Shown piece by piece: positions 7,459 to 16,125 of a stretch of DNA of 22,505 nt (positions are counted from its first letter, which is position 1; each line of letters begins with the position of its first letter). The notes below the pieces were generated by a model. The model saw only the letters and a program-made list of their open reading frames with translations, was not told where the DNA came from and ran no database searches. Source of the DNA: an uncultured virus (IMG/VR IMGVR_UViG_3300031227_000026) (lineage: Duplodnaviria > Heunggongvirae > Uroviricota > Caudoviricetes); IMG/VR virus record IMGVR_UViG_3300031227_000026. One strand, given 5' to 3'. The position numbers and the translations under genes were made by a program.

Positions 7459-8010
7459 GTGAAAAGTGACTGGAGATACCATGGGTACACCTGCGCATTT
7501 AGCTTTGAGGGGGTTTGTATTCCAGAAAAGGACTTCCGAAGTATGTCAGAAAAGGACGTAGCTACTTTCTACTTTAATAAAGTTCGTGGTCTAGCAGATT
7601 CTGGTGATCGTTCTGATGTTGCCAATACCGGAGCGTTGCGGGACATGGCTCCTGGAAAAGGACGCTTTGACCTATTGCCATTCTATGGCTTGCAACAATT
7701 GGCCGCCCACTTCGCCGATGGGGCTGTCAAATATGAAGATAGAAATTGGGAGAAAGGTCTGCCTCTTTATATCTATATCGACTCGGCCCTCCGACATGCA
7801 ACCAAACTCGCGGGCGGCTTGACCGACGAAAGGCACGACCGTGCCGCTGCATGGAACATGATTTGCTACCTAGAAACACGGGAGAAAGTCATTAGCGGAT
7901 TGCTCCCATTCTCATTAACGGATAAGTTGCATCCGTCGTTGATTGAAGAAATCAAGATGGAGATGGCTGAACGTGGAAGTATTATAGGAGTAGAAGAAAA
8001 AAATGCCTAA
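7459..8010 (+). CDS. dATP/dGTP diphosphohydrolase domain protein (DUF5664 / dGTP_diPhyd_N-like)
   Basis: TGALRD-x3-GKGRFDLLP, GAVKYEDRNWEKG, DSALRH and DERH-x-x-AAAWN motifs. AAGGAG RBS before the GTG start. Confidence 0.85.
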   Translation: MKSDWRYHGYTCAFSFEGVCIPEKDFRSMSEKDVATFYFNKVRGLADSGDRSDVANTGALRDMAPGKGRFDLLPFYGLQQLAAHFADGAVKYEDRNWEKGLPLYIYIDSALRHATKLAGGLTDERHDRAAAWNMICYLETREKVISGLLPFSLTDKLHPSLIEEIKMEMAERGSIIGVEEKNA

Positions 8011-8320
8011 TAAAATTAATATAAATTCAGGAACAGTGCTAATTGGTAACATACCTGCTGTAGAAATTATAGAGGGAGAAATGAGGATACTTGTTCAATG
8101 TCCATCGAATGGAGCAGCAGATAATCTTGCTACAGGACTTCGGAGTCTATTCCTAAAATATACAAGCTATGTCGAAGAGCTAGTATGTCCGAAATGTGGC
8201 AATGACTTAATAAAAAAGTCAGAATATGAAAAGAGGCAAGCTGTTAAGCATGAAGAATGTGAAAAGAAAGACAGAATATATTGCCCTAGACTTGGTGCAT
8301 GTTCGGTACGCACGAAGTGA
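8003..8320 (+). CDS. Hypothetical protein with putative zinc ribbon
   Basis: CPKC and YCPRLGAC cysteine pairs; overlaps both neighbouring genes. Confidence 0.65.
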   Translation: MPNKININSGTVLIGNIPAVEIIEGEMRILVQCPSNGAADNLATGLRSLFLKYTSYVEELVCPKCGNDLIKKSEYEKRQAVKHEECEKKDRIYCPRLGACSVRTK

Positions 8321-9138
8321 ATAATCTTGAAAATATCCTAAATGAATTAGAGGGTGATTCAAAGCCTCTTAGACCGCCATTTGGATATCCTGGTGGCAAA
8401 CTCAAGATGGCAGCAAAGATTCTACCGCATCTTCCTTATAGGAAGACGTATGTAGAACCCTTCTGCGGATCTTGCGCGATATTATTACGTCGAACTAAGT
8501 CGGATTTTGAAATCGCTAATGATATGCATTTTGGTATCATATCCTTTTACAAAACGCTTCAGATGCCCGACATTTTGGATCAATTGATAGAACGTCTAGA
8601 GCTAACAGTAAATTCTAGAGAAGAATTTGAATATTGCCATGACCAAGTAATGAAAGCTAATCTTGATCCTATCGAGCAGGCTGCTTGTTTTCTTTATTCT
8701 ATGGTATATTCATTTTCAAGTGGTGGGTTGGGCTATTCGCGGAGTACTACTTCCCCGTTATGCTCCACCACACTTGATAAACGATTACAAGAACTTCCCG
8801 ATGTTACAAAGCGTATTCAGAATGTCGTCTTTGAATGCGGAGACTGGCTACAGAGTACATTGGAATATGATTCGCCAGATACTGTTTATTATTTTGATCC
8901 GCCATATCTTGGCGCTGACCCAAGATACCTATTTAATAGGCTACATACTGAAGAGGCTCATAGAAAGATTATTACAACAATAAAGAAACTAAAAGGATTC
9001 GTTGCCATATCTGGATATGCCCATCCCTTGTATGACGACGAAACCTTTTGGACAGATAGAATAGAATGGAAACAGAATGTATCTATCTGCCGCACAGAAC
9101 GAAGTACTGTCAAAGAAGTTTTATGGATAAAGGAGTAA
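8317..9138 (+). CDS. Dam-like (D12 class) N6-adenine DNA methyltransferase, paralog 1
   Basis: FGYPGGK, YVEPFCGS, ND, YFDPPY, ISGY and EVLW motifs. Probable GTG start in a GTGA overlap at 8317 (ORF track gives 8299). Confidence 0.9.
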   Translation: MNNLENILNELEGDSKPLRPPFGYPGGKLKMAAKILPHLPYRKTYVEPFCGSCAILLRRTKSDFEIANDMHFGIISFYKTLQMPDILDQLIERLELTVNSREEFEYCHDQVMKANLDPIEQAACFLYSMVYSFSSGGLGYSRSTTSPLCSTTLDKRLQELPDVTKRIQNVVFECGDWLQSTLEYDSPDTVYYFDPPYLGADPRYLFNRLHTEEAHRKIITTIKKLKGFVAISGYAHPLYDDETFWTDRIEWKQNVSICRTERSTVKEVLWIKE

Positions 9139-9143
9139 CTTAA

Positions 9144-10028
9144 ATGTCTGATCTTGAGTCTATTTTCAATGATCTTGAAAATCTGGACGCCAATGCAACG
9201 GAAAAGAAACTCATCTTGAGAGCAGCATTTGGATATCCAGGTGGCAAGTCGCGTTCTGTATTGAATATCCTTCCATGCCTCCCCTATAAAAATGTCTATG
9301 TTGAGCCTTTCGGTGGTTCTGCCGCTGTTCTTTTAGCCAGGGACTCAAGCAAGTTGGATGTTTTCAATGATAGATATGCGGGTGTTGTTGCTTTCTATCG
9401 CTGTATGCGCGACGAAGTAAAGATGCAGGCTATGGTAGACTGGCTAAAAAATACCATACATTCACGTGAAGATTGGGCATTTTGTCACGACACTTGGCAA
9501 AATGTCGAAGATGATGTTGAACGAGCTGCCAGATGGTACTATATGACACAGTATTCTTTTGGGCAAATAGGACGTAATTTTGGACGATCAACGATTTCAG
9601 GATCATCTCCTGCTGGTAAAATCCGAAATAATATAAAATTATTTCCGGCTATCCATAAAAGATTCAAGCGTGTCCAAGTTGAGAATCAAGATTGGTATGA
9701 CTGTATCAAAGATTATGATTCATCGGATACAGTCTTTTATCTTGATCCACCATATATCGAAACAACAGGTGGAACCTTCAAGCATATGATGGATTTAAAC
9801 GACCATAAGTCTCTTATTGCAACCATCTTTAATCTTGAAGGCTTTGTAGCCGTATCAGGATATTCTAATCCACTATATGAAGATCAAGACTGGGATAATA
9901 GATACGAATGGGAAAGTTTCTGTTCTATAGATAGTATAGCCTATACAGAAGGAAACTATAAGTCGCATTTGAAACATGTTGCCGAGAGTCGTATAAATCA
10001 TAAAGAAGTTCTTTGGGTAAAGGAGTAA
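9144..10028 (+). CDS. Dam-like (D12 class) N6-adenine DNA methyltransferase, paralog 2
   Basis: FGYPGGK, YVEPFGGS, ND, YLDPPY, VSGY and EVLW motifs. AAGGAG RBS is embedded in the last codons of paralog 1. Confidence 0.9.
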   Translation: MSDLESIFNDLENLDANATEKKLILRAAFGYPGGKSRSVLNILPCLPYKNVYVEPFGGSAAVLLARDSSKLDVFNDRYAGVVAFYRCMRDEVKMQAMVDWLKNTIHSREDWAFCHDTWQNVEDDVERAARWYYMTQYSFGQIGRNFGRSTISGSSPAGKIRNNIKLFPAIHKRFKRVQVENQDWYDCIKDYDSSDTVFYLDPPYIETTGGTFKHMMDLNDHKSLIATIFNLEGFVAVSGYSNPLYEDQDWDNRYEWESFCSIDSIAYTEGNYKSHLKHVAESRINHKEVLWVKE

Positions 10029-10032
10029 TTTA

Positions 10033-10257
10033 ATGTTTGAAATGATAGCCTTACCAGATTGTCCTCGATGCAAACCTTTAAAAGAAAAGTATGGAAATGT
10101 TATAAAGATACTAGATGAGATAGACTCATTGACAGTAGCTTCTTTCAATAATATACTAACATCTCCTGCCCTTATCGACGAAGAAAGTGGAGCAATAATT
10201 ATAGACTATGATGAGGTACTAAAGACTTTAGAATCCTTGCGAATTGGGGCAGAATAA
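10033..10257 (+). CDS. Glutaredoxin/NrdH-like small thioredoxin-fold protein
   Basis: N-terminal CPRC, a cis-Pro-like TSPALI segment, 74 aa, and an AAGGAG RBS. Confidence 0.65.
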   Translation: MFEMIALPDCPRCKPLKEKYGNVIKILDEIDSLTVASFNNILTSPALIDEESGAIIIDYDEVLKTLESLRIGAE

Positions 10258-10890
10258 ATGAAACACTCAATGCTACATTGGAACGGCCACCAGATGTGTG
10301 CCATAGATACAGAGACAACAGGACTGATTGCTGGTTATCATGAAATTTATGAAGTAGCAATTATACCATTAACATCCAATCTAGAAGTACGTCGAGATAT
10401 TATACCATTTTCTGTAAAAATACGCCCTGAATTTCCAGAACGTGTTGATCCAAAAGCAATTACTAAAACTCGTTTTGCTGATGTACTAATGAATGGTTTT
10501 GATTGTGAAAAAGTCAAAGACTTACTTCAAGAATGGTATAAGAAATTAGACCTTCCATATACTGATTTTGGAAATCAGAAGAAAATAATGCCTATGGGCC
10601 ACAACTATATTCAGTTTGACCGTAATTTCTTGGTAGCTTGGCTTGGTCAAGAAATATATGACGAGTTATTCTTTTATATTCCTAGAGATACAATGGTTGC
10701 TGTAGCATATCTTAATGATAGGTATGCAATGCATGCTGAGAGAGTTCCACATCAAAAGTATTCATTACATTATATATGTAATACTCTTAATATTGAATGG
10801 GATTCTTCTCAAGCACATTATGCGCTGTATGATGCTGTTAAAGCTGCAGCTGTATACAAAAAACTACTCGAACAAGGCTTAATAGCTTAG
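10258..10890 (+). CDS. DEDDh 3'-5' exonuclease (DnaQ/RNase T-like)
   Basis: ExoI AIDTETTG, ExoII GHNYIQFDR, DT, and ExoIII HYALYDA. Confidence 0.88.
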   Translation: MKHSMLHWNGHQMCAIDTETTGLIAGYHEIYEVAIIPLTSNLEVRRDIIPFSVKIRPEFPERVDPKAITKTRFADVLMNGFDCEKVKDLLQEWYKKLDLPYTDFGNQKKIMPMGHNYIQFDRNFLVAWLGQEIYDELFFYIPRDTMVAVAYLNDRYAMHAERVPHQKYSLHYICNTLNIEWDSSQAHYALYDAVKAAAVYKKLLEQGLIA

Positions 10891-10900
10891 GAGGCTAAAT

Positions 10901-12193
10901 ATGTCTGGTAAAAATACTGTTACAAATGAAAAAATTATCGAGAAATTTAATACCTTATTTAAAAAATATGGAAGAATCCCAACCCATATTGAATGGGATA
11001 ATGCTGGAGGGATTGGCACATCTACTGTTCGTCGTAGATTTAGAACTTTCGAGAATCTAGCTGCTATAGTGCAGTCTGGGGATATTTCTAAAGAAGCTAT
11101 TGATGATCTACAAAATTCTCCAAAGCTTTTTGACTCTTTGACAAAACAAAATAGTCTTCTTGTCAAGGAAAATGTCAAGCTAAAGAATTTCCAACAAATG
11201 GTTGTCATGGCTGTCGAAGCAGCATTAGCTAAAGTAAAGCCTATCAAAATAGAGATTCCAGAAATCAAAGAAACAAAAGATCACTTTGAACATGCTAATC
11301 TTTTGCTTTCTGACGAACAGATTGGAACTAAATTCTCTCTTGCTGAAACTATGGGTAAGAATGCCTATGACTTTAATTCTTTCTTAAATAATAATAAAAT
11401 ACTTCGTAAAGCTGTTGTAGATATTGCAGCACTACAGGCTAAAGCATATCCGATTCCAAGACTCAATATATGGGCAGCGGGTGATGATGTTGAAGGCGAA
11501 TTAATTTTCAAAGGGCAGCAGTTCAATATAGACAGGCCACTCATCGACCAAGTAATAGATGGGGCGTATGCTCTTACTGAGACGCTTATTCATTGGGCTC
11601 AAGTCTTTCCTGAAATCCATATCTACCAAGTTTGGGGAAATCATGGGCGTTCAGGAAGTTCAAAAGGCGAGGGTAATGTTCGATCAAATTGGGACTCCGT
11701 ATTTTGGAAAATTATTGAACTCACTTGTAAAGCTAAAGGAATTACTAATGTTATTTTTCACTTATCAATGTCTACGACTCTTGTTGCTAGTGTGTTTGGT
11801 CACAATATTCTTCTCTCCCATGGCAATGAAACTAGAGGGTGGATGGGGATTCCCTTCTATGGTCGCAGTAGAGATGTTTTAAAAATGGTCAATGCTCTAG
11901 AATTACCAATCAAATTGGCTCTCTGTGGGCACTTTCACAATGTGGCTGCATGGGATGTGGCGCCCAATTGCCAGATAATTATGAATGGTTCTTGGATTGG
12001 CGGATCGCCATATTCAACTGTCCAATTAAAAACTATAAATACCCCCAAACAAATTATGTGGGGGACATGCAAGAAGCATGTCAAAACTTGGTCTTATGAT
12101 ATCGAGTTACATGCCATCAAGAAGCTAACGGCCTCTGCAGATGGATTGTTTACCCCTGTCTATGAGTCAAGAGATAGCCAGAATGCAAAATAA
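10901..12193 (+). CDS. Calcineurin-like metallophosphoesterase with N-terminal helical DNA-binding-like repeat and coiled coil
   Basis: LLSDEQIG, GDDVEG, GNHGR, SHG and GHFH motifs. The N-terminal KKYGRIPT..EW...STVRRRF segment resembles the homing-endonuclease-associated repeat. AGGAGG RBS. Confidence 0.8.
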   Translation: MSGKNTVTNEKIIEKFNTLFKKYGRIPTHIEWDNAGGIGTSTVRRRFRTFENLAAIVQSGDISKEAIDDLQNSPKLFDSLTKQNSLLVKENVKLKNFQQMVVMAVEAALAKVKPIKIEIPEIKETKDHFEHANLLLSDEQIGTKFSLAETMGKNAYDFNSFLNNNKILRKAVVDIAALQAKAYPIPRLNIWAAGDDVEGELIFKGQQFNIDRPLIDQVIDGAYALTETLIHWAQVFPEIHIYQVWGNHGRSGSSKGEGNVRSNWDSVFWKIIELTCKAKGITNVIFHLSMSTTLVASVFGHNILLSHGNETRGWMGIPFYGRSRDVLKMVNALELPIKLALCGHFHNVAAWDVAPNCQIIMNGSWIGGSPYSTVQLKTINTPKQIMWGTCKKHVKTWSYDIELHAIKKLTASADGLFTPVYESRDSQNAK

Positions 12194-12215
12194 TCTAGAG
12201 AGGTGGAAGAAACCG

Positions 12216-13451
12216 ATGAATAATTATATCATCTGTTCGTACTTTACTCCAGAATACAAAGATGTTGTAACCAAGCTTATAGGCTCTTTAGAGACATTCC
12301 ATTTACCGCATATTGTTGAAGAAGTGCCAAGCCGCAAGCATTGGTATCTTAATGTTGCGATTCGACCTGAATTTATACTCGACATTATGCAGAGGTTTCC
12401 AGACAAAGACGTTGTATATACTGATGCTGATTCCGAAATCATGCAATATCCAAAGCTCTTTGATACTATCAAATGTGATCTTGGAGCCCATTATTTGAAT
12501 GGTACACAGCTGCTAGGTGGAACAATGTATCTGAGGAATTGTCCTGAAATCCACCGCCTACTTAAAAACTGGATCGAGGCACAATGGCGTGACTTTAGGT
12601 CATTGCGGCAAAGAATCCTGCAAGGTCTCTTGGAGTCAGAAAATTACAATATAGACATACAGTCCATCCCATCCGAGTATGTTCGCATATTTGATAGGCA
12701 TAAAATGGGCAAGGCTGTAATCCAACACAACCAAGCTAGTCGCAAATTTAAAGGAGTTTTTAGAATGGGCGTGAGGCATTTACCAGATGGCACAATAATC
12801 TTAACTCGTAAAGACGCAAACTTAGAAAAATTATTCGACATGCAATTTACTAGGGTAGGCAAATTAAAATGGATTCCTAAGATGCTTGATGACAATAAGG
12901 TAGAAAGTCTTGAGAGTATCTTCAAAAATAAAACTGCCTACATCATTGGCAAAGGCCCAAGTCTTGATAATCTAACTGCGGATGCTTTTGCTGACGAGAG
13001 CTCGCCGATTCTAGCAATCAACGAAAGTATAACTAAAATCGAGTCTTTAAGTCTTCCAAATCCAACATTTCTTATGGTTTATGATATGAAGAAATATAAA
13101 GTAAAAAATGCTGGTGTTATTGTACCTTCAGGTATTAAGTATCTTTACAATAATCGTCCAACATACTCATATAATACTTCACAATTAAAATTAAAAATAA
13201 AGAAAAGTCTAACTGCGCTGTTTGCTATTGAGATTTGTAAGTCTCTTGGAGTTAAAGACTTTCATATGATTAGTTTTGATTCTTGTATTAATAAGAATAC
13301 AGAATATGCTAAGTGTGTCGGTAGAAAGTCTAATGCGGGTGGTCGGGATCCAAAACGATTTCTTAGGCATAAGGCCTTGATTACAAAGTTAGTTGATAAA
13401 ATACCGCTTACATGGATTCTACCATTTGACGGGCAACATCCTCAATCTTAA
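12216..13451 (+). CDS. Two-domain glycosyltransferase: GT-A nucleotide-diphospho-sugar transferase plus Maf/DUF115 (sialyltransferase-like) domain
   Basis: N-domain VVYTDADS (DxD), LLGGTMYL and VIQHNQASR. C-domain TAYIIGKGPSL, LAINES and TALFAIEICKSLGVKDFHMISFD. Start set at ATG 12216 from the GAGGTGG RBS (ORF track gives 12141). Confidence 0.78.
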   Translation: MNNYIICSYFTPEYKDVVTKLIGSLETFHLPHIVEEVPSRKHWYLNVAIRPEFILDIMQRFPDKDVVYTDADSEIMQYPKLFDTIKCDLGAHYLNGTQLLGGTMYLRNCPEIHRLLKNWIEAQWRDFRSLRQRILQGLLESENYNIDIQSIPSEYVRIFDRHKMGKAVIQHNQASRKFKGVFRMGVRHLPDGTIILTRKDANLEKLFDMQFTRVGKLKWIPKMLDDNKVESLESIFKNKTAYIIGKGPSLDNLTADAFADESSPILAINESITKIESLSLPNPTFLMVYDMKKYKVKNAGVIVPSGIKYLYNNRPTYSYNTSQLKLKIKKSLTALFAIEICKSLGVKDFHMISFDSCINKNTEYAKCVGRKSNAGGRDPKRFLRHKALITKLVDKIPLTWILPFDGQHPQS

Positions 13452-14361
13452 GATGCTGTTCATAAAATGGACGGGGCGAGTATGCTTCAAAGTTTGAGAC
13501 CATATCCTTGAAGACTTGAACGAAGTTCTTGTCATTACATATTCGCCCCGTCTGCTCATTACAAAAGAAATTTAAATCCGTTCTAACTGTATCTCGCACA
13601 AGAATTGGTATCCCCATAGCAAGATACTCACTCAAGATTCTTGGGCCACTATCATATTTCCCATCGTCACATACAATCCCTATTTTTGCTTTACAAGCCC
13701 ATTCGGGTATCTCTTTCCGCTCTATCTTGCCTGTAAAGTCAACATTTAAATGTGTAGCACCCTTGAACCAATTATCAGGGGTGCCAATTCTTAAGATTTT
13801 AGAATCAAAAGGAAGTTTGCTTGTTAGCCAGCTATATCCTTTTGCATCATTTCCAGAACTCGCCATCCAAACAGCATCATAAATCTTTGGCACAAAAACG
13901 GGTTTAAAGATACTTGCTATCGTCGGTTTATGCAAAAGTTCTACACGGCACTTAGGTATCTTGTCTTTAACTTTAGCGACCTGCTTTAGACTATCCACAT
14001 ATACAATATTATAGCCTGCCCTGCTACTTGGAACATAGCGCATACCTGCACCATAATAGATTTTAAATGTCTTTGGGTACTTATCTAAAAATGGTGAATA
14101 ATCTGAATATCCACCACGATTGAAAATTAAATTTGGTTTTCTTAAATTTGCTTTCTCAATAGTTGGTGACCAAATTTCTTCTAAAGTATCATCGTATCTT
14201 ATCCTAGCGGCCTTTCCCATTTTCCAAATTGTTCCGGTGGCCCCAGAGGCTTTTAGCATATTATAAAAAAGAAGCGTCCACATATCATCTATATCTTTTA
14301 GCTGCTGTTTAGTATTTAGAGTAGTTGTCTTAGCAGTCTTTTTCTGAGCCGACCTAAGCAT
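13408..14361 (-). CDS. GT-B fold glycosyltransferase (GT4-like)
   Basis: DSGPRILSEYLAMGIPILV donor-binding motif, plus AKG and QTGRI. Probable start ATG 14361 overlaps the upstream stop (ORF track gives 14403). Confidence 0.75.
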   Translation of the reverse strand: MLRSAQKKTAKTTTLNTKQQLKDIDDMWTLLFYNMLKASGATGTIWKMGKAARIRYDDTLEEIWSPTIEKANLRKPNLIFNRGGYSDYSPFLDKYPKTFKIYYGAGMRYVPSSRAGYNIVYVDSLKQVAKVKDKIPKCRVELLHKPTIASIFKPVFVPKIYDAVWMASSGNDAKGYSWLTSKLPFDSKILRIGTPDNWFKGATHLNVDFTGKIERKEIPEWACKAKIGIVCDDGKYDSGPRILSEYLAMGIPILVRDTVRTDLNFFCNEQTGRICNDKNFVQVFKDMVSNFEAYSPRPFYEQHLKIEDVARQMVESM

Positions 14362-15202
14362 TACCCAATATGGCATTATAAACTCCTTCATATTGTTTCG
14401 CAATTTGTAACCAGGTATATTCTAAAAGCCCCAAATGGGTATCAATTTTAGGTTTTAATACCCCGTCTAAAGCTTCAAAAATTCCATCTACAGTACGCTT
14501 GCAAACTGTCACAAAAGATAAATGCTCTAATTCTTTATAAATACCAACTGGCGCAGTGATAACAGGTATACCACAAGCTAATGATTCTAGAACCGTATTG
14601 CTGCATCCTTCAGCTATTGAAGCACATATAGAGACATCTAGACTTTTATAAAATTTAGCTACTTCGGTATGTGACAAAATATGCAATGGATATTTACCAG
14701 GGTCTAAAACAAATTTGATATCCATTTTTGGATATTTAGCTTTTAACAATACTACAGCCTGTTCAATGAGATGTACACCTTTATATTCAAGATTTGCTTC
14801 TTTTTGATTCCCTACCCACCCAATACGAATTTTGGAATTAAAAACTTTTGGATCAATACCATTAGGTATATAAAATGTTGGGCACTTATAATCTATCTTT
14901 AATCGTAAATTTTTTAATATGCAACCTGCTGCACCAGAAAAATTTAACCTATAAGGCTTTATGCTTCGTTTACTAACAACCTCAAAAATCCACCGACGAT
15001 TACTAAGCCTTGGGTATACTTTAGGAATTACCCCCAAAGTATGTAGATGAATAATATCAGATTGTGGTATTTTATTACCTAAAGAGGCTATTGGGATTAC
15101 TGTAGAAGTATGCCCCAATTTTATAAGACTTTTTGAAAGATTATTAGCCCTATTTGATATACTCCACGGGCGCGTTGTACTGTGTAGATGTAAAATATTC
15201 AT
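14354..15202 (-). CDS. GT4-family glycosyltransferase
   Basis: YIPNGID, IGWVGN, YKGVHLI and EGCSNTVLESLACGIPVITAPVG (E-x7-E). Probable start ATG 15202 in a TAATG overlap with a GGAG RBS (ORF track gives 15259). Confidence 0.88.
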   Translation of the reverse strand: MNILHLHSTTRPWSISNRANNLSKSLIKLGHTSTVIPIASLGNKIPQSDIIHLHTLGVIPKVYPRLSNRRWIFEVVSKRSIKPYRLNFSGAAGCILKNLRLKIDYKCPTFYIPNGIDPKVFNSKIRIGWVGNQKEANLEYKGVHLIEQAVVLLKAKYPKMDIKFVLDPGKYPLHILSHTEVAKFYKSLDVSICASIAEGCSNTVLESLACGIPVITAPVGIYKELEHLSFVTVCKRTVDGIFEALDGVLKPKIDTHLGLLEYTWLQIAKQYEGVYNAILGNA

Positions 15203-16125
15203 TATTGCTCCAATAATCTCGTAGCTACTTTTTTTGGTGAACACCAATTTATGACCCACTTTCTGGAGACGTCAGCCTGTCTTGGAGTATAGCTACTAAT
15301 AGTCTTCTTTAAAACACCTACTAAATTCTTTGAATTAGCAATAACTGTTGATGCTGGATACTTGGGGTCGATGTAAGATTGCTTACCACTATGTATTACT
15401 ACACATCCACTAGCCATAGCTTCTAGTCCTGATTTACCTAGACCTCCAACATATCTAGGATATGAAGCATTGCATACTACTGATGGCTTATGGATTTGAT
15501 CTATAAAGATATGGCATTTTGACCTTTCGATAATGGCAGCTTGGTGGGTGAGTCCCATAATTATTTTCGTTATGATCTTTCTACCATTAACTTTATTCAA
15601 GGCACTTTCTATTGAGCGGGTTCCTTTCCAAAGTAGCCGAGTACTTTTTCCAGGCGAATGTCCTATTATTATCCCCCCTTTAGTTTTTTTAATTTTTGGA
15701 GGAATATTCATTGGGGGCAAATACATTTGAGATTCTATATTACCAAGATATTTTATTAAGTCTGGCATTACAAAAAGCTTTAACCCACTTTCTAATATAA
15801 TCTGTTGGGTTTCTGCTGGATTCCTTAGAGTATGCGAACCGGATAAGATGTACACTCCGGACTTAGTTTTTACTATATCTTTGGCTTCTGGGCTTAGTAA
15901 GAATTGCCAAACAGGCAAAGCGACTAATATAATAAAATCTGATTTCTCGATCATTTCTGAAGTAACTTGCTTGACAATTTTCGTATTTGGATACTCTTCA
16001 TGGAACTTATAGATATCATGCTTACATATCAATAATTCAACATCATGACCTAATTGACTTAGAGCATGACACAGAAGTGGGGAATTACCATAAGTTGCTA
16101 AATAAGCTATTACACTAATTTGCAT
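15202..16125 (-). CDS. GT-B fold glycosyltransferase (GT4-like)
   Basis: IIIGHSP...KGT, HIFIDQ and GLGKSGLEAMASGCVVI motifs. Confidence 0.78.
   Translation of the reverse strand: MQISVIAYLATYGNSPLLCHALSQLGHDVELLICKHDIYKFHEEYPNTKIVKQVTSEMIEKSDFIILVALPVWQFLLSPEAKDIVKTKSGVYILSGSHTLRNPAETQQIILESGLKLFVMPDLIKYLGNIESQMYLPPMNIPPKIKKTKGGIIIGHSPGKSTRLLWKGTRSIESALNKVNGRKIITKIIMGLTHQAAIIERSKCHIFIDQIHKPSVVCNASYPRYVGGLGKSGLEAMASGCVVIHSGKQSYIDPKYPASTVIANSKNLVGVLKKTISSYTPRQADVSRKWVINWCSPKKVATRLLEQ

Noticed and set aside
4899..10028. Restriction-modification or BREX/DISARM-type defence island
   Set aside because: No endonuclease, Pgl/Brx or Drm genes recognised; the context is a phage replication arm with orphan methyltransferases.
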